DNA of 64,000 bases, taken from positions 18,084 through 82,083 of the forward strand of contig CAZVZC010000005.1 in NCBI GenBank assembly GCA_964631415.1, given 5' to 3'. Shown here one piece after another: positions 1 through 10,085 of this stretch (the first letter of the stretch is position 1; every line of letters begins with the position of its first letter). The stretch is from an uncultured archaeon. GTDB lineage: Archaea > Asgardarchaeota > Thorarchaeia > Thorarchaeales > Thorarchaeaceae. The position numbers and the translations under genes were made by a program. Below the pieces are notes generated by a model. It worked only from the letters and a program-made list of their open reading frames with translations, had not been told where the DNA came from and ran no database searches.

Positions 1-423
1 GTTTGCATGATCCTTCAGTTCTGGTACTGCGTCATACAGATCCTTTGCGCTAAGTGCAGGGTTCACAGCTCCAGTATGATAGTCGACCTTGCTTGCAATG
101 GTGCCACCAGTGCTTAACACAGCCACACTGGGCAGACCCGGCTTCTCGCTGACAGAAACGTCCGAAGTAGGCCGCTTTCGTGAACTTGCGGTCTGCACCA
201 GCCGGACAGTCGTTCCCGACTCAATGCGTATGCCAGCATTGTACCCATTGTCCATCTTGATGACGACATGGTCAGGGTCAGTCCCAATCTGTGCACGCGG
301 CATGAGTACTCCTGAGTACTCGTAGTCCTTGAGAGAGACTGCAATCCTGTCGCCTATCTTAACATGTGCGGCCGAGAGTTTGCTGAGGACGAGGCCACTA
401 TATCCGGACTCTTCCAGACCCAA
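1..423 (-). CDS. gatD: Glu-tRNA(Gln) amidotransferase subunit D, 5' part (runs off the window; absent from the ORF track)
   Basis: Manual translation from TTG at 423: MGLEESGYSG...YSGVLMPR...HVVIKMDNGYNAGI...VAVLSTGGTIASKVDYHTGAV, i.e. the GatD N-terminal domain plus the asparaginase TGGTIAS motif; GGTGAGG SD just upstream. Confidence 0.93.
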   Translation of the reverse strand, partial: MGLEESGYSGLVLSKLSAAHVKIGDRIAVSLKDYEYSGVLMPRAQIGTDPDHVVIKMDNGYNAGIRIESGTTVRLVQTASSRKRPTSDVSVSEKPGLPSVAVLSTGGTIASKVDYHTGAVNPALSAKDLYDAVPELKDHAN

Positions 424-536
424 TGCTACCTCACCTTCAATCTTGGGACCAGACGGCTCGTGGTCGTCATAAAGCTTCGCTCTTGCGGTTTCTGCGACCG
501 AACAAGACCGTTCATATTGACAACGGAAGCACACGA

Positions 537-1121
537 CTAGAGGATGCCCGAGAAGATTAGGACTCCAAAGGCTATGAAGACAAGACTTGTGACCTTTCGT
601 ATCAGGTCAATCGGAACGGCCCTTGCTACTCGGCCTCCGGCAGCCGCACCCATGGCGTTGACAATGAAGAAACCAATAATAGCACCTAGGAATACAAACA
701 TAGGGATGGCGGACCGTGCGGCGAGTGCAAGACACGCAATCTGAGTCTTGTCGCCGAGTTCTGAGAGAAAGACAAGCGAAAACATGCTCAAGAAGGTGCC
801 AGCATTGCTGCAGTCGGTGGCACCCTCCGATTCGCGTCTGATGAGTGTGTAAAAGCCCATGGCCAGAAACATAGCACCGGAGAGGTGTGCTATCAAGTCG
901 GTGGGAAGTTCGTCTGCCATCAAGACTCCAATGACCACTGCTATGACAGTAGAACTCGCCAGCGCTAGCATTGTGGCAAGAAGCACTACAGATGGATGCT
1001 TGTACTGTGCGCTCATGCACATTGTAGCAAGCATCGTCTTGTCACCCAGTTCTGCCAAGAACACGATACCTGCAGAATACAATAGCGTTTCTAACGGCAA
1101 GCCTGTCTGCTCCATGCGCAC
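537..1121 (-). CDS. TMEM165/GDT1 (UPF0016) family Ca2+/Mn2+ transporter
   Basis: Two ELGDKT signature motifs in an internally duplicated hydrophobic protein. Confidence 0.92.
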   Translation of the reverse strand: MRMEQTGLPLETLLYSAGIVFLAELGDKTMLATMCMSAQYKHPSVVLLATMLALASSTVIAVVIGVLMADELPTDLIAHLSGAMFLAMGFYTLIRRESEGATDCSNAGTFLSMFSLVFLSELGDKTQIACLALAARSAIPMFVFLGAIIGFFIVNAMGAAAGGRVARAVPIDLIRKVTSLVFIAFGVLIFSGIL

Positions 1122-1156
1122 ATGGCAGAGGAACGCGTTTTCCGGAGATACGGCAC

Positions 1157-2503
1157 TTAAGGATGTCGTTGTAGATGTTTTTCTTGTAAGGTCCGGCTTA
1201 TCTCGTTTCTTTTGATGATCTCGCGGAACATGTGAGCGCTCTCGCGGGGCTTGCGCGAGAGAGTCGAATAGTCCACTGCAATCAGTCCAAAGTGACTACT
1301 GAACCCCTCAGCCCATTCGAAGTTGTCAGTCAGACTCCAGACCAAGTAACCTTGTATGTCCACTCCGTCTTGGATTGCCTGATGGACCTGCTGAAGATGC
1401 ATCAAGATGTATCTGCAACGAAGTGAGTCGTCGAGAGCACCAATGCCATTCTCCGTCATGAACAAGGGCTTCTTCCATCTCCCCCAATAGGACTTGATTA
1501 CATGATAGTAGCCTGCAGGATACACCTCCCAATCTAGTCCCTCACATCGCTCTAGACTGGGATCCTTTGGCGGCATCTGTCCTGCCTTGAAGTCAAGTTC
1601 CGACGAAACACGTATGCGACTGTAGTAGTTCACACCGATGAAGTCTGCACTGTTCTCAAGCGGCTCATAATGGCCGCCGTCGCCTGCAGGCTCTGGGACT
1701 GTCGCTGTCATGACACCCTTCAGCCACATCTGGTTGTAGAGCTCGTCTAGGTAGCGAGCCAGTTCAACATCAGCATCGTTATTGGGATTATAGGGCTGAA
1801 AGTAAGAAACACTCAACACAGGACCGATTTGAGGTTGCCGCATGCCCAAGTCGTCATAGACATCACGAATACCAGTTGCAGCCTGTCCATGAGCCATCAG
1901 CAGATGTTTCGCTGCAGTGAGAGCTTTGCCATAGTCCTTTATCTCTGGAGGAAAACCTCCGAACAGATACCCTGAAGCTACAACCACCATGGGCTCGTTT
2001 ATGATGTTCCATGTCACGTTGTAATCGGATAATGCAGCAGCAATCTTGCGGCAGTAAGGAGCAAACATCTCCGGACTCTCGGGGTTCAGCCAAGCTCCGG
2101 CATCGCGAAACCATATTGGGTTTGTGAAGTGATGGAGAGTCACCATCGGTCGGATTCCACGATCTACCAGTGCCTTCACTACTGACCGGTAGTGTTCAAT
2201 CTCACGCTCATTCCATTCTCCACGCTTTGGCTCGATTCGGCTCCATTCGACTGAGAGGCGATGAACTTGATGACCCAGTTGTCTTGCGAGGTCGAAGTCC
2301 TCCTCATACCGGTTGTAGTGGTCGCAGGCCACACTTGAATTGGCACCATCCTTGATCTTCCCTGGTATTTTCTCCCACTCAGACCAATCGTTGTTGTTGC
2401 CGCCCTCCGTCTGGTGGGCTGACGCTGCGCTGCCCCAGAGAAAGCCCTTAGGAAATCTGAGAGTCTTGTACTGCAACGGTCTCACGAGTTGTGACCAAGG
2501 CAT
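1157..2503 (-). CDS. Glycoside hydrolase family 1 (beta-glucosidase/galactosidase)
   Basis: FPKGFLWGSA..AHQTEG, NEP acid/base, TENG nucleophile, WSLTDNFEW motifs. Confidence 0.95.
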   Translation of the reverse strand: MPWSQLVRPLQYKTLRFPKGFLWGSAASAHQTEGGNNNDWSEWEKIPGKIKDGANSSVACDHYNRYEEDFDLARQLGHQVHRLSVEWSRIEPKRGEWNEREIEHYRSVVKALVDRGIRPMVTLHHFTNPIWFRDAGAWLNPESPEMFAPYCRKIAAALSDYNVTWNIINEPMVVVASGYLFGGFPPEIKDYGKALTAAKHLLMAHGQAATGIRDVYDDLGMRQPQIGPVLSVSYFQPYNPNNDADVELARYLDELYNQMWLKGVMTATVPEPAGDGGHYEPLENSADFIGVNYYSRIRVSSELDFKAGQMPPKDPSLERCEGLDWEVYPAGYYHVIKSYWGRWKKPLFMTENGIGALDDSLRCRYILMHLQQVHQAIQDGVDIQGYLVWSLTDNFEWAEGFSSHFGLIAVDYSTLSRKPRESAHMFREIIKRNEISRTLQEKHLQRHP

Positions 2504-2547
2504 AACGAAATGATAACTCTATCCCGACATCATTTGTGCAGAGAGTG

Positions 2548-2664
2548 TGGTGCGGGAGACGGGACACTCACACGCTCAGAAACTGATACGTGTTTTGAAC
2601 CCGTGAATCCCTACGGAAGCAGATCTTAAGCCTGCCGCCTTTGACCAGACTTGGCAACTCCCGC
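2548..2664 (-). tRNA. tRNA-Leu(TAA) with 29-nt intron at 59/60 (2565-2593), CCA encoded
   Basis: Acceptor GCGGGAG/CTCCCGC, anticodon arm GCAGG-CTTAAGA-TCTGC, long variable arm, T-stem ACGGG/CCCGT; insert forms a BHB (UUCA/UGAG helix, bulges AA|A and UG|U). Confidence 0.93.
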
Positions 2665-2980
2665 ATGGGTTGCACATTATTGGTGACCCCTTGGTTTCAC
2701 CGTAGGGCTCTCCGCGGGTATCGCATGGTCACGAAGCGTTCTTCAACCTTTGGCCTGTTGATTCTGCGGATTCCCCTAGGAGAACCACCCGTTGCACTCG
2801 GACTAGCTTGTGAATGCCATTTAGAGCTGTCTTCTGACACACTTCAAATCAGTGACTTATGAGTATCCAACTCGGCTTTCACGACCGCAAAGTATGCCTT
2901 CTGCGGGAGTTTCAGGTGCGTCCAGCTTCTGTGTAATGAGCGCATCCAGAATCAGTTTCGAAAACTGCATGCTGTGTGGA

Positions 2981-3086
2981 TGGTGGGGCGGACGAGACTT
3001 GAACTCGTGACCTACTCGGTGTAAGCGAGTCATCATGGCCGATCTAGACCACCCTATAGAGGAGTGGTTGTCTAGACTACCGCCCC
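2981..3086 (-). tRNA. tRNA-Val(TAC) with 28-nt D-loop intron (~17/17a; 3042-3069), CCA encoded
   Basis: Acceptor GGGGCGG/CCGCCCC, anticodon arm ACTCG-CTTACAC-CGAGT, T-arm ACGAG-TTCAAGT-CTCGT; hairpin insert in the D-loop with CUAG/CUAG central helix. Confidence 0.92.
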
Positions 3087-3123
3087 TATGCGTGAGCCTA
3101 TCTGTGGATAATAAAAGAGTTGC

Positions 3124-3801
3124 TCAGAGGCGGACTGCGGCTAAATGGAATTCCTGCAGTGATTCGTCAAGGACTATTGCTTGCACATCAGTGTAGCCCA
3201 ACGCAGACACACCTCCGGTCAGAGCCGACACGATATCGGGTTTCGCTCTGGACTTGAATGCCGCGACCAGTCTGCCATTATGCTTCAACAGTCGAGAAAA
3301 GCGTTCGATTAAAGATAGAGTCCCTTCCGGATCGGTTGTCACATCCACAAGCATCACGTCCAGTTCTTCCTCACTGCAGATACTGAGAGGATCCATGTTG
3401 AAAGCGTCTGCAATGAGGATGGAGATGCTAGGCCAAGTCTTAGATAGCTCTGTGAGCGGCTCCAGAAACCTGTTGGAAACCTCGATGCCCTTTGCTACTG
3501 CACCCCTTTCAGCTAGGTACCGGAGGAACCCCCCAGCAGAGCTTCCGATATCGAGAACTAGGTCCCCTGCGGACACGAAACGGCCGCCCAAGAGGGTGTC
3601 AAGCCGCTTGAGCTTGTCATAACCGACCGGAGCATCTGAGGACTCCATAGAAACAGCTATCGACTCGGTACCGGTCACTTGAGTCGATGACTTGGCGACA
3701 CGGCCATCAACTGTCACCATACCGTCACGGATAGCCCGCTTTGCAGCCTGTCGCGAGTGGAATCTGCCTGTTTCCACTAGCCAGACATCAAGTCGAGGCA
3801 T
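3124..3801 (-). CDS. S4-domain SAM-dependent RNA methyltransferase (TlyA/FtsJ-like)
   Basis: N-terminal RLDVWLVETG..SRQAAKRAIRDGMVTVDG (S4) and VLDIGSSAGGF SAM motif. Confidence 0.85.
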   Translation of the reverse strand: MPRLDVWLVETGRFHSRQAAKRAIRDGMVTVDGRVAKSSTQVTGTESIAVSMESSDAPVGYDKLKRLDTLLGGRFVSAGDLVLDIGSSAGGFLRYLAERGAVAKGIEVSNRFLEPLTELSKTWPSISILIADAFNMDPLSICSEEELDVMLVDVTTDPEGTLSLIERFSRLLKHNGRLVAAFKSRAKPDIVSALTGGVSALGYTDVQAIVLDESLQEFHLAAVRL

Positions 3802-4561
3802 GGTCTTCTCCTCGAATGTTGTTGGGCACAAACAAGTGAATAGGGACGCCCCTCAGCCGAGGACCAATAGCTGCTACGATACCTGATGCGTGTGTTGACC
3901 TCTTGCACATCAGAGAATACTCGAATGGACCCAGTTGCTCGACTGCAAAGATGTCCTCAAGGTGCCGCGTCTTGGACAGAGCGTGCTCCAGCATCTCTTT
4001 CGTGACACCCAATACAATGAGCCGTTCGTGGTCATCGGACGTCCAGCTGGTGATTCTTTTCAAAATAAACTCAGTGAATTGTGCCTCGATTGTTGGCTTA
4101 CCTGCATCCACCTTCGTCACTCTGATCTCCACAGGGAGATTGTTCACTAGGACGAGTTTGCTGGCGATAGCTCTCACAGACTTGTCGTGCATCTCGAACT
4201 GTTCGCGGACATGATACAATGGGACCAATGCATCTATCGCTTGCGGGACACGAATACCCATATCGACATACAGCCCAAAGCCGACTTTGCCAATGTCGAC
4301 AAGCCATCCGTACGATACGACCCCGGGACTCAAGTCTTGGAGCCTCGGTGCAATACCCCATTGCTTGGCAAGAGCATTTGCAGCGAACTCTTCGTCCTCT
4401 CCTTCTAGACTCACGGACAGACGTCCAGCTGAATCTGTCCGTAGGCTCACAAGCTGGGCATCGAGGCCTGTGATGACGCTCGAGATGCTGGCCTTGACTG
4501 TCCGCAGCAACCGCTGTCTGTAGGTGCCATATGTGTGAACTGACAGATCAAGGTGTTTCAA
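3788..4561 (-). CDS. DUF2110-family protein
   Basis: GKVGFGLYVD motif, C-terminal GIVAAIGP; position downstream of tfe as in many archaea. Confidence 0.75.
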   Translation of the reverse strand: MKHLDLSVHTYGTYRQRLLRTVKASISSVITGLDAQLVSLRTDSAGRLSVSLEGEDEEFAANALAKQWGIAPRLQDLSPGVVSYGWLVDIGKVGFGLYVDMGIRVPQAIDALVPLYHVREQFEMHDKSVRAIASKLVLVNNLPVEIRVTKVDAGKPTIEAQFTEFILKRITSWTSDDHERLIVLGVTKEMLEHALSKTRHLEDIFAVEQLGPFEYSLMCKRSTHASGIVAAIGPRLRGVPIHLFVPNNIRGEDHAST

Positions 4562-4650
4562 TGATATTCCTCACGGACTGTTATACAAAGGACCTGTGCA
4601 TAGCACGCCAAACATCGAACTGTGCGGGAACTGTCAGGACCCTGTGGAGG

Positions 4651-5187
4651 CTATGTGGATGTGCTTGCCTCCAAGTCGGCTTTCAACTCTTCAACGCGTT
4701 TTCGAAGGAAGCTGATTGCGCTGGCATTATCAACATACTCGAGTTGTTGATTGCAGACTGGGCAGCGGAAGGATAGGTTCATTGCCTCTTCAAAGGGAAC
4801 TGGAGAAGAGTCGCGGTTCACGCATGCATATAGGTCATTGTTAGTTTCATGCTCCAGTCTCTGCTCGAGTAGGTTCAGCACCAGTCGCTTCTTCCGGTTA
4901 ACAAGCGCTTGCGCCTTTCTCGGATCTATGCGCCAGTAATACAAGAACCACCCAGTGTTGGTATCACGGATTCTTCGATATGACGCAAGGTGATTGTCGT
5001 GCAGCTTGTATAGTATCCTACGTACAACGTTTAGCTTCAGGTCTGTCTTTGTGGCGATCTCTTCGTCTGTGGTTTCCTCAGTGTTCACAAGGACTGTAGC
5101 CACATCCACGCCCTCTTTGCCTGCAATCTCTTCGACTACAAGACGAAACAGGTCATGATTTATCGAGTGTGCCATTGAAGCAATCAC
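4651..5187 (-). CDS. tfe: Transcription factor E (TFIIE-alpha homologue)
   Basis: TDEEIA...LNVVRRILYKL...GWFLYYW winged helix; FEEAM..SFRCPVC Zn ribbon. Confidence 0.95.
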   Translation of the reverse strand: MIASMAHSINHDLFRLVVEEIAGKEGVDVATVLVNTEETTDEEIATKTDLKLNVVRRILYKLHDNHLASYRRIRDTNTGWFLYYWRIDPRKAQALVNRKKRLVLNLLEQRLEHETNNDLYACVNRDSSPVPFEEAMNLSFRCPVCNQQLEYVDNASAISFLRKRVEELKADLEASTST

Positions 5188-5311
5188 CTAGGTGTGCAGT
5201 AGCTGGCTAGTCGGCTGGAGGTACGTGATGTTCAAAAGAACCATGAACGGAGTTTGTATAGACTATTATACGCTTAGATACTATATATCAGCTTCGCTTG
5301 CGCCCGCTACG

Positions 5312-5884
5312 CTAACTTCTGTTCGCCTTTTTCCGCTTGACCTTGACGACATCTCCCAAGGTAGCACCCCCTTCAGGACGGTCGTGGCCATACGAGCTGG
5401 GCGCCGGGCCGATTGGCTCCAAGAGCGAGATGCCTAGCTCTCTCTCAAGACCTCTGATTGTCTTCTCTACAGGCTTGAGCCTACCAGCTTCGATTCCCTG
5501 CAAAGTGGAAATCCGTTCGCCAACTTTCTGAGCGAGTTGCTCCTGACTGACCTTGGCCTTCTGCCTTGCATCCCTTATGACCCGGGCGTAGTCTTCAACA
5601 AGTATCATCTCATCGAGCGTCACAGCTCTTTCTGGGTGGGGCTTTGGCTTGACGATTGTATGAACCGTGCGTGGCGGTGGACGAATTTGGGGTGATTTCT
5701 GCTGTGGGGCACCAGTCCATGAGGTATGTGGGGGTGTCGATGGTAGTGATTTCTTGCCTGCGGTCACTGACTTGTCGCCGAACCTTTCAGCACACTGAGG
5801 ACAGAGAATCATCGATGCTCCTTCTATGATCATGCTCCGGCCTTTTCCCTTCATGCTTCTGCCACAGAGCTCACAGCTCGACAT
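5312..5884 (-). CDS. mbf1: Archaeal multiprotein bridging factor aMBF1
   Basis: N-terminal CELCG...CPQC Zn ribbon, HTH (VSQEQLAQKVGE), TLGDVV tail; divergent from pan. Confidence 0.92.
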   Translation of the reverse strand: MSSCELCGRSMKGKGRSMIIEGASMILCPQCAERFGDKSVTAGKKSLPSTPPHTSWTGAPQQKSPQIRPPPRTVHTIVKPKPHPERAVTLDEMILVEDYARVIRDARQKAKVSQEQLAQKVGERISTLQGIEAGRLKPVEKTIRGLERELGISLLEPIGPAPSSYGHDRPEGGATLGDVVKVKRKKANRS

Positions 5885-6091
5885 GGTAAGTGCCTCTGTC
5901 GTGAGTAAAGACTGGTATGCGTTGATAAACATTGCCGACTAGATATGTCGTTTGAAACCGGACTGACTGTTGCTACACGCCAGTTTGCTGCGACCGGCGC
6001 AAAACTGCTCACTGCGAATTCATTAATCCGTTTCGCGGTCAGCCTAACGCTTAAAACTGTAGTCGTTCACCTGAGCTTGAGGTTGCATTGA

Positions 6092-7294
6092 GTGCCAGGG
6101 ACTGCAGAGGCCAAGAAGGACGAGAATGTTGATGACAGCAGCTATGCGCAGACCTACACGAAGCACCTAGAACGACGCCTACGTGCACTAGAAACTGAGA
6201 AACAGATACTCCAGGCCGAACGCAGTCGACTTGAGAAGGAAACCCAGACACTCAGAACAGAGCTTGAGAAGCTGAGACAGTCCCCTCTGATAACTGCCAC
6301 CATACTTGAAATGCTGGATGATGGCAGAGCCGTTGTCAAGAGCTCGACAGGTCCAAACTTCGTCGTGCATGTGGCGTCTTCGCTTCCTAAAGAGAAGATC
6401 CAGCCAGGCATTCGTGTCGCACTCAATCAACGGTCTTTTGCGGTGACCGAAGAACTGCCGCCGCCAAGAGACCCCATGATCAGGGCTATGGAAATAGAGG
6501 AGAAACCCACTGTTAGTTACGTTGAGATAGGCGGGTTGAAAGACCAGCTGAGAGAGATAAGGGAAACCGTTGAGCTGCCTCTGCTGAAACCCGATCTGTT
6601 CAAACAGGTGGGCATAGAGCCGCCTCGAGGAGTACTACTAACGGGACCGCCCGGTACAGGTAAGACACTTTGCGCGAGAGCAGTTGCGCGGGAAACCAAA
6701 GCGGCGTTCATCCGGGTCATTGGTTCGGAACTCGTTCAGAAGTTCATTGGAGAGGGGGCGCGGCTTGTTCGTGAGATTTTCCTGCTTGCAAAAGAGAGAG
6801 CACCATCAATAGTGTTTGTAGATGAGCTGGATGCAGTCGGTTCGCACAGGCTTGATGTTGCCACGTCGGGTGACAGAGAAGTGCAGCGGACTCTCATGCA
6901 GCTTCTCAGTGAGCTAGATGGTTTTGAGAGCCGTGGACAGGTGGCAGTCCTAGGAGCTACAAACCGTCCTGACATTCTTGACCCTGCACTATTGAGACCG
7001 GGACGCTTTGATAGAATCATCGAGTTCCCACTTCCTGATGACAATGGCAGACTTGAGATACTCAAGATACACACGAGGGGAATGAACCTCGCTCCAAACA
7101 TTGAATTCGGTCAGCTGGTCCATTCGACACAGGGGATGACGGGAGCAGACATCAAGGCGATCTGTACAGAGGCAGGGATGTTTGCCATCCGTGATGACAG
7201 GGTGTGTGTCACACAAGATGACCTCCGTCGTGCAGTAGCCAAGCTACAAGGAAGGGCAGGCGGCGACAGGGTTCCAAGTGAGATCTATTGTTAG
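6092..7294 (+). CDS. pan: Proteasome-activating nucleotidase
   Basis: Coiled coil, KSSTGP OB fold, [29 protein letters not shown]; C-terminal IYC. Confidence 0.97.
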   Translation: MPGTAEAKKDENVDDSSYAQTYTKHLERRLRALETEKQILQAERSRLEKETQTLRTELEKLRQSPLITATILEMLDDGRAVVKSSTGPNFVVHVASSLPKEKIQPGIRVALNQRSFAVTEELPPPRDPMIRAMEIEEKPTVSYVEIGGLKDQLREIRETVELPLLKPDLFKQVGIEPPRGVLLTGPPGTGKTLCARAVARETKAAFIRVIGSELVQKFIGEGARLVREIFLLAKERAPSIVFVDELDAVGSHRLDVATSGDREVQRTLMQLLSELDGFESRGQVAVLGATNRPDILDPALLRPGRFDRIIEFPLPDDNGRLEILKIHTRGMNLAPNIEFGQLVHSTQGMTGADIKAICTEAGMFAIRDDRVCVTQDDLRRAVAKLQGRAGGDRVPSEIYC

Positions 7295-7309
7295 TTTCAG
7301 AAAGCTCCC

Positions 7310-8146
7310 GTGACGGATATGCAGTACAGGGACTACTTGAGGACCAGACTCAAGGGACTGATTCCCGATGGAGTCACACTCCCTCTGGGTTTCAATCTCG
7401 TAGGACATGTTGCCCTACTACACCTCGATAGCAGCGTGTCAGACTACGCTCATCTCATAGGCAGTGCGACGCTAGGCTATGATTGGAGAATAAAGTCGGT
7501 CGCTGTCAGATCAGGGCCGACAGAGGGAGTGCTCCGGATACCGGCCTATGCTCTTGTAGCAGGCGAACCGAATACAGTCACAACACATGTTGAAGGCGGA
7601 GTAAAGTACAGGCTCGATCCCCTTGTCGTGACATTCTCTGGAGGGAATCGACGTGAGCGAATCCGGTTGCGGTCTGTCGTAGGTCCCGGTGAGATTGTCG
7701 TTGATATGTTCGCATGCGTAGGACAGTTTGCATTGCCGATTGCAGCAGGGAAGAGCTCACAGGTCTTCGCTATTGAGATCAATCCTGTTGCCTATGGATA
7801 TCTACTCGAAAACATCAGACTGAACAAAGCAGAACACAAAGTCGTCGCTCTACTGGGCGATTGCAGAGAGGTACATCCATCAAGGATAGCAGACAGGGTT
7901 GTAATGGGTTATCTTCATAACACGCTGCTTTACCTCCCTGCAGCACTTGAAACACTGTCAGCCAAGGGCGGCATCATTCACATGCACATCGCTGCTCCGA
8001 CAAGTGAAAGCGCATCTATCGAAAGCAGAATCAGCTCTGAAGCACGTCACAGCGGATTCATGACACAAACTATTGTGCGCCGAATCAAGACCTATTCACC
8101 GGGGGTCAATCACATGGTGTTTGACATCAGAGCGACACCTGAATGA
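7310..8146 (+). CDS. Trm5/Taw2 (Met-10+) family SAM-dependent tRNA modification enzyme
   Basis: VVDMFACVGQFAL, EINPVAY, ADRVVMGY, IKTYSPGV motifs. Confidence 0.85.
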   Translation: MTDMQYRDYLRTRLKGLIPDGVTLPLGFNLVGHVALLHLDSSVSDYAHLIGSATLGYDWRIKSVAVRSGPTEGVLRIPAYALVAGEPNTVTTHVEGGVKYRLDPLVVTFSGGNRRERIRLRSVVGPGEIVVDMFACVGQFALPIAAGKSSQVFAIEINPVAYGYLLENIRLNKAEHKVVALLGDCREVHPSRIADRVVMGYLHNTLLYLPAALETLSAKGGIIHMHIAAPTSESASIESRISSEARHSGFMTQTIVRRIKTYSPGVNHMVFDIRATPE

Positions 8147-8255
8147 TCACACTCCGTGTCGAGCGCAATCATTTTATTCGAAACAGGGCATGAACACGGC
8201 GCAGCTCTCTGCAAGCTATCTGGTGTCGCGTCGGAAGTCACCGAAGGTAGATTAC

Positions 8256-8645
8256 ATGGGATTCAGAGGTCTATCACCCAAACAGATATCGCGAATGATG
8301 AAGAAGATGGGAATTGAACAGGAGGAATTGACCGGAGTCAAGGAAGTGGTAATTCGCTTTGCTGACAAGGAGTGGTTCATTCCCGATGCCCATGTATCGA
8401 TGATTAAGCAGCCAGGTGCCGAGTCGTATCAAGTATCAGGAACTAGGAAGGAACGTGCACTGACATCTGACAGTGGGACTAAAGAAGCTGCAAAGGCGAC
8501 ACAGAGGAAGACTGTTGAGATACCAATCCAAGATGCTGCACTTGTCGCTAGTCAGACTGGTGTGACTGTTGATGTGGCAATGAGCGTGTTGAAGGAAACA
8601 GACGGCGATCTTGCTGCTGCGATACTGAAACTACGTCGCAGCTAG
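8256..8645 (+). CDS. nac: Nascent polypeptide-associated complex protein
   Basis: PKQISRMMKKMGI...VKEVVI NAC domain and C-terminal UBA-like GDLAAAIL; ATG at 8256. Confidence 0.93.
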   Translation: MGFRGLSPKQISRMMKKMGIEQEELTGVKEVVIRFADKEWFIPDAHVSMIKQPGAESYQVSGTRKERALTSDSGTKEAAKATQRKTVEIPIQDAALVASQTGVTVDVAMSVLKETDGDLAAAILKLRRS

Positions 8646-8704
8646 GATTCGTGTAGTATTTGTAATACAACGAGAACTCGCCGACCGAAGGTCCAGTACC
8701 GGTC

Positions 8705-9331
8705 TTATTTCTTCAGTCGCTCCTTGACCATCTTGATGCGGTAGAAGTCTTCACGTTCTCGTTCCTCTAAGGCTAGCTTAACGAAGCGTGCAGTGGCATC
8801 AAGCCGAGGTATCACAACGGTTTCCAATGCTGACACCCGCCGCTTGGTCCTTTCAATCTCCAGAGCCAGTCGTTTGACGGTAGATTCTATCTCAGCCAGT
8901 CGGACTATGGTCCGAAGAGCCTCGCTGAACTTAGAACTCATAACATCGAGTTTGGCGCTTGAGTCTGGTAGTGAGTAGGCCATCTCGGGGTTTTCTTGCT
9001 CGACTGAAAGCACCGGGACACGGACACCCATCATGGACCTAGTGGAGATTGTCAATTCAGCACGTACTCCGCTCGCGTACGCGAACTCCACTACCCGTGA
9101 GGGCCCCATCAGCATCTTGGCTTGGGTTAGAGCAGAGAATGCTTCCTTCAGAGTTGTGTCGACCTTCTCCCGAGCCTCTTTGATTTCTGCTATGGCGTTG
9201 AAGAATTCCATGATCAGCGAGTCGCGCTTTTCTCTCAGGAGCTTGTGACCACGCTCTGCAAGAGCCATCCTGTTTTTGAGAGCTAGCAGCTCCATGCGCG
9301 TGGTCTTGGTTCCTGGCAGGATTTTGCTCGT
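8705..9331 (-). CDS. atpD: A/V-type ATP synthase subunit D (probable ACG start at 9331; first ATG at 9295)
   Basis: TRMELL...AERGHKLLREKRD and EIERTKRRVSALE..VIP motifs; GGAGGTGA SD at 9338-9345. Confidence 0.95.
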   Translation of the reverse strand, partial: TSKILPGTKTTRMELLALKNRMALAERGHKLLREKRDSLIMEFFNAIAEIKEAREKVDTTLKEAFSALTQAKMLMGPSRVVEFAYASGVRAELTISTRSMMGVRVPVLSVEQENPEMAYSLPDSSAKLDVMSSKFSEALRTIVRLAEIESTVKRLALEIERTKRRVSALETVVIPRLDATARFVKLALEEREREDFYRIKMVKERLKK

Positions 9332-9415
9332 CCTCGTTCACCTCCGTATTCAGGTGAAAGCTGGAATGGATTGGCTCGAATCGTGTTCCAGTCCTGTCAA
9401 AGCCCTTCTGCTCCT

Positions 9416-9694
9416 TCATGCCACAGCAAACGTGACAGCACTGATGATGACCCCAGTGAGGCAAAGGAAGAACCACTTCATGAGGTAGCTACCAGCAGCT
9501 TTTGGATTATCGTCGATTTGGCCAGTGACAGCCAGTGTGGACATGGAAATGAACAGGAATGCAAATGGCAGTGCAATTGCCTTGTTAGTGAGTGGGAAAT
9601 CTTTGATTAGAATGATTCCAACAAGACCTGCGAATATCAGAAAAGATAGTATCATCAGCGAGTCCAGCACATGTCGCATTCGCTCTATGTCCAT
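9416..9694 (-). CDS. Small hypothetical membrane protein (about 3 TM)
   Basis: 92-aa ORF with three hydrophobic segments; AGGAG upstream; co-oriented with atpD. Confidence 0.7.
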   Translation of the reverse strand: MDIERMRHVLDSLMILSFLIFAGLVGIILIKDFPLTNKAIALPFAFLFISMSTLAVTGQIDDNPKAAGSYLMKWFFLCLTGVIISAVTFAVA

Positions 9695-10026
9695 TTTCTC
9701 TTTCTCCTGGAACTGGCAGATGATTGGACCCTGAGGTCCAGTTCTTGAACCTCTCTGTTCCGTTGAAAAAGATTATGGCTGGTCGACCTGTAGACTATCG
9801 AGAACCGTGCAAATAGGAGGGAGGCATTTCTGTGTTGGCCGGTTCATGTTGATACTGAACGTGCCAGTCGTTAGTTAGTCAACCACAAGTTGCATTCCAA
9901 CTGCACTAAGACCCAAGCATACTGTCTGTTCGAGGAGTCACAAATCATCTGTTAGTACCTCGTGTTTCATTCAGCACTTCACAGGAAACAGACTACCACA
10001 CAACTTATATCGACGTGCTGTCTTCT

Positions 10027-10063
10027 GTGATTGTATTACAACCACTACTTGTGATACTGTCAC
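10027..10063. promoter_or_regulatory. Two imperfect 13-bp palindromes (GTGATTGTATTAC, GTGATACTGTCAC), putative operator
   Basis: Located between a TATA-like CTTATAT (~10004) and the ATG at 10086; the same motif recurs at 14289 and 14307. Confidence 0.5.
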
Positions 10064-10085
10064 TTGCGGTACCGAGGTATAGAGC

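Noticed and set aside
2665-2980. RNase P or SRP RNA between tRNA-Leu and tRNA-Val
   Set aside because: No recognisable P4 (GAGGAAAGUCC-like) or SRP helix-8 motifs
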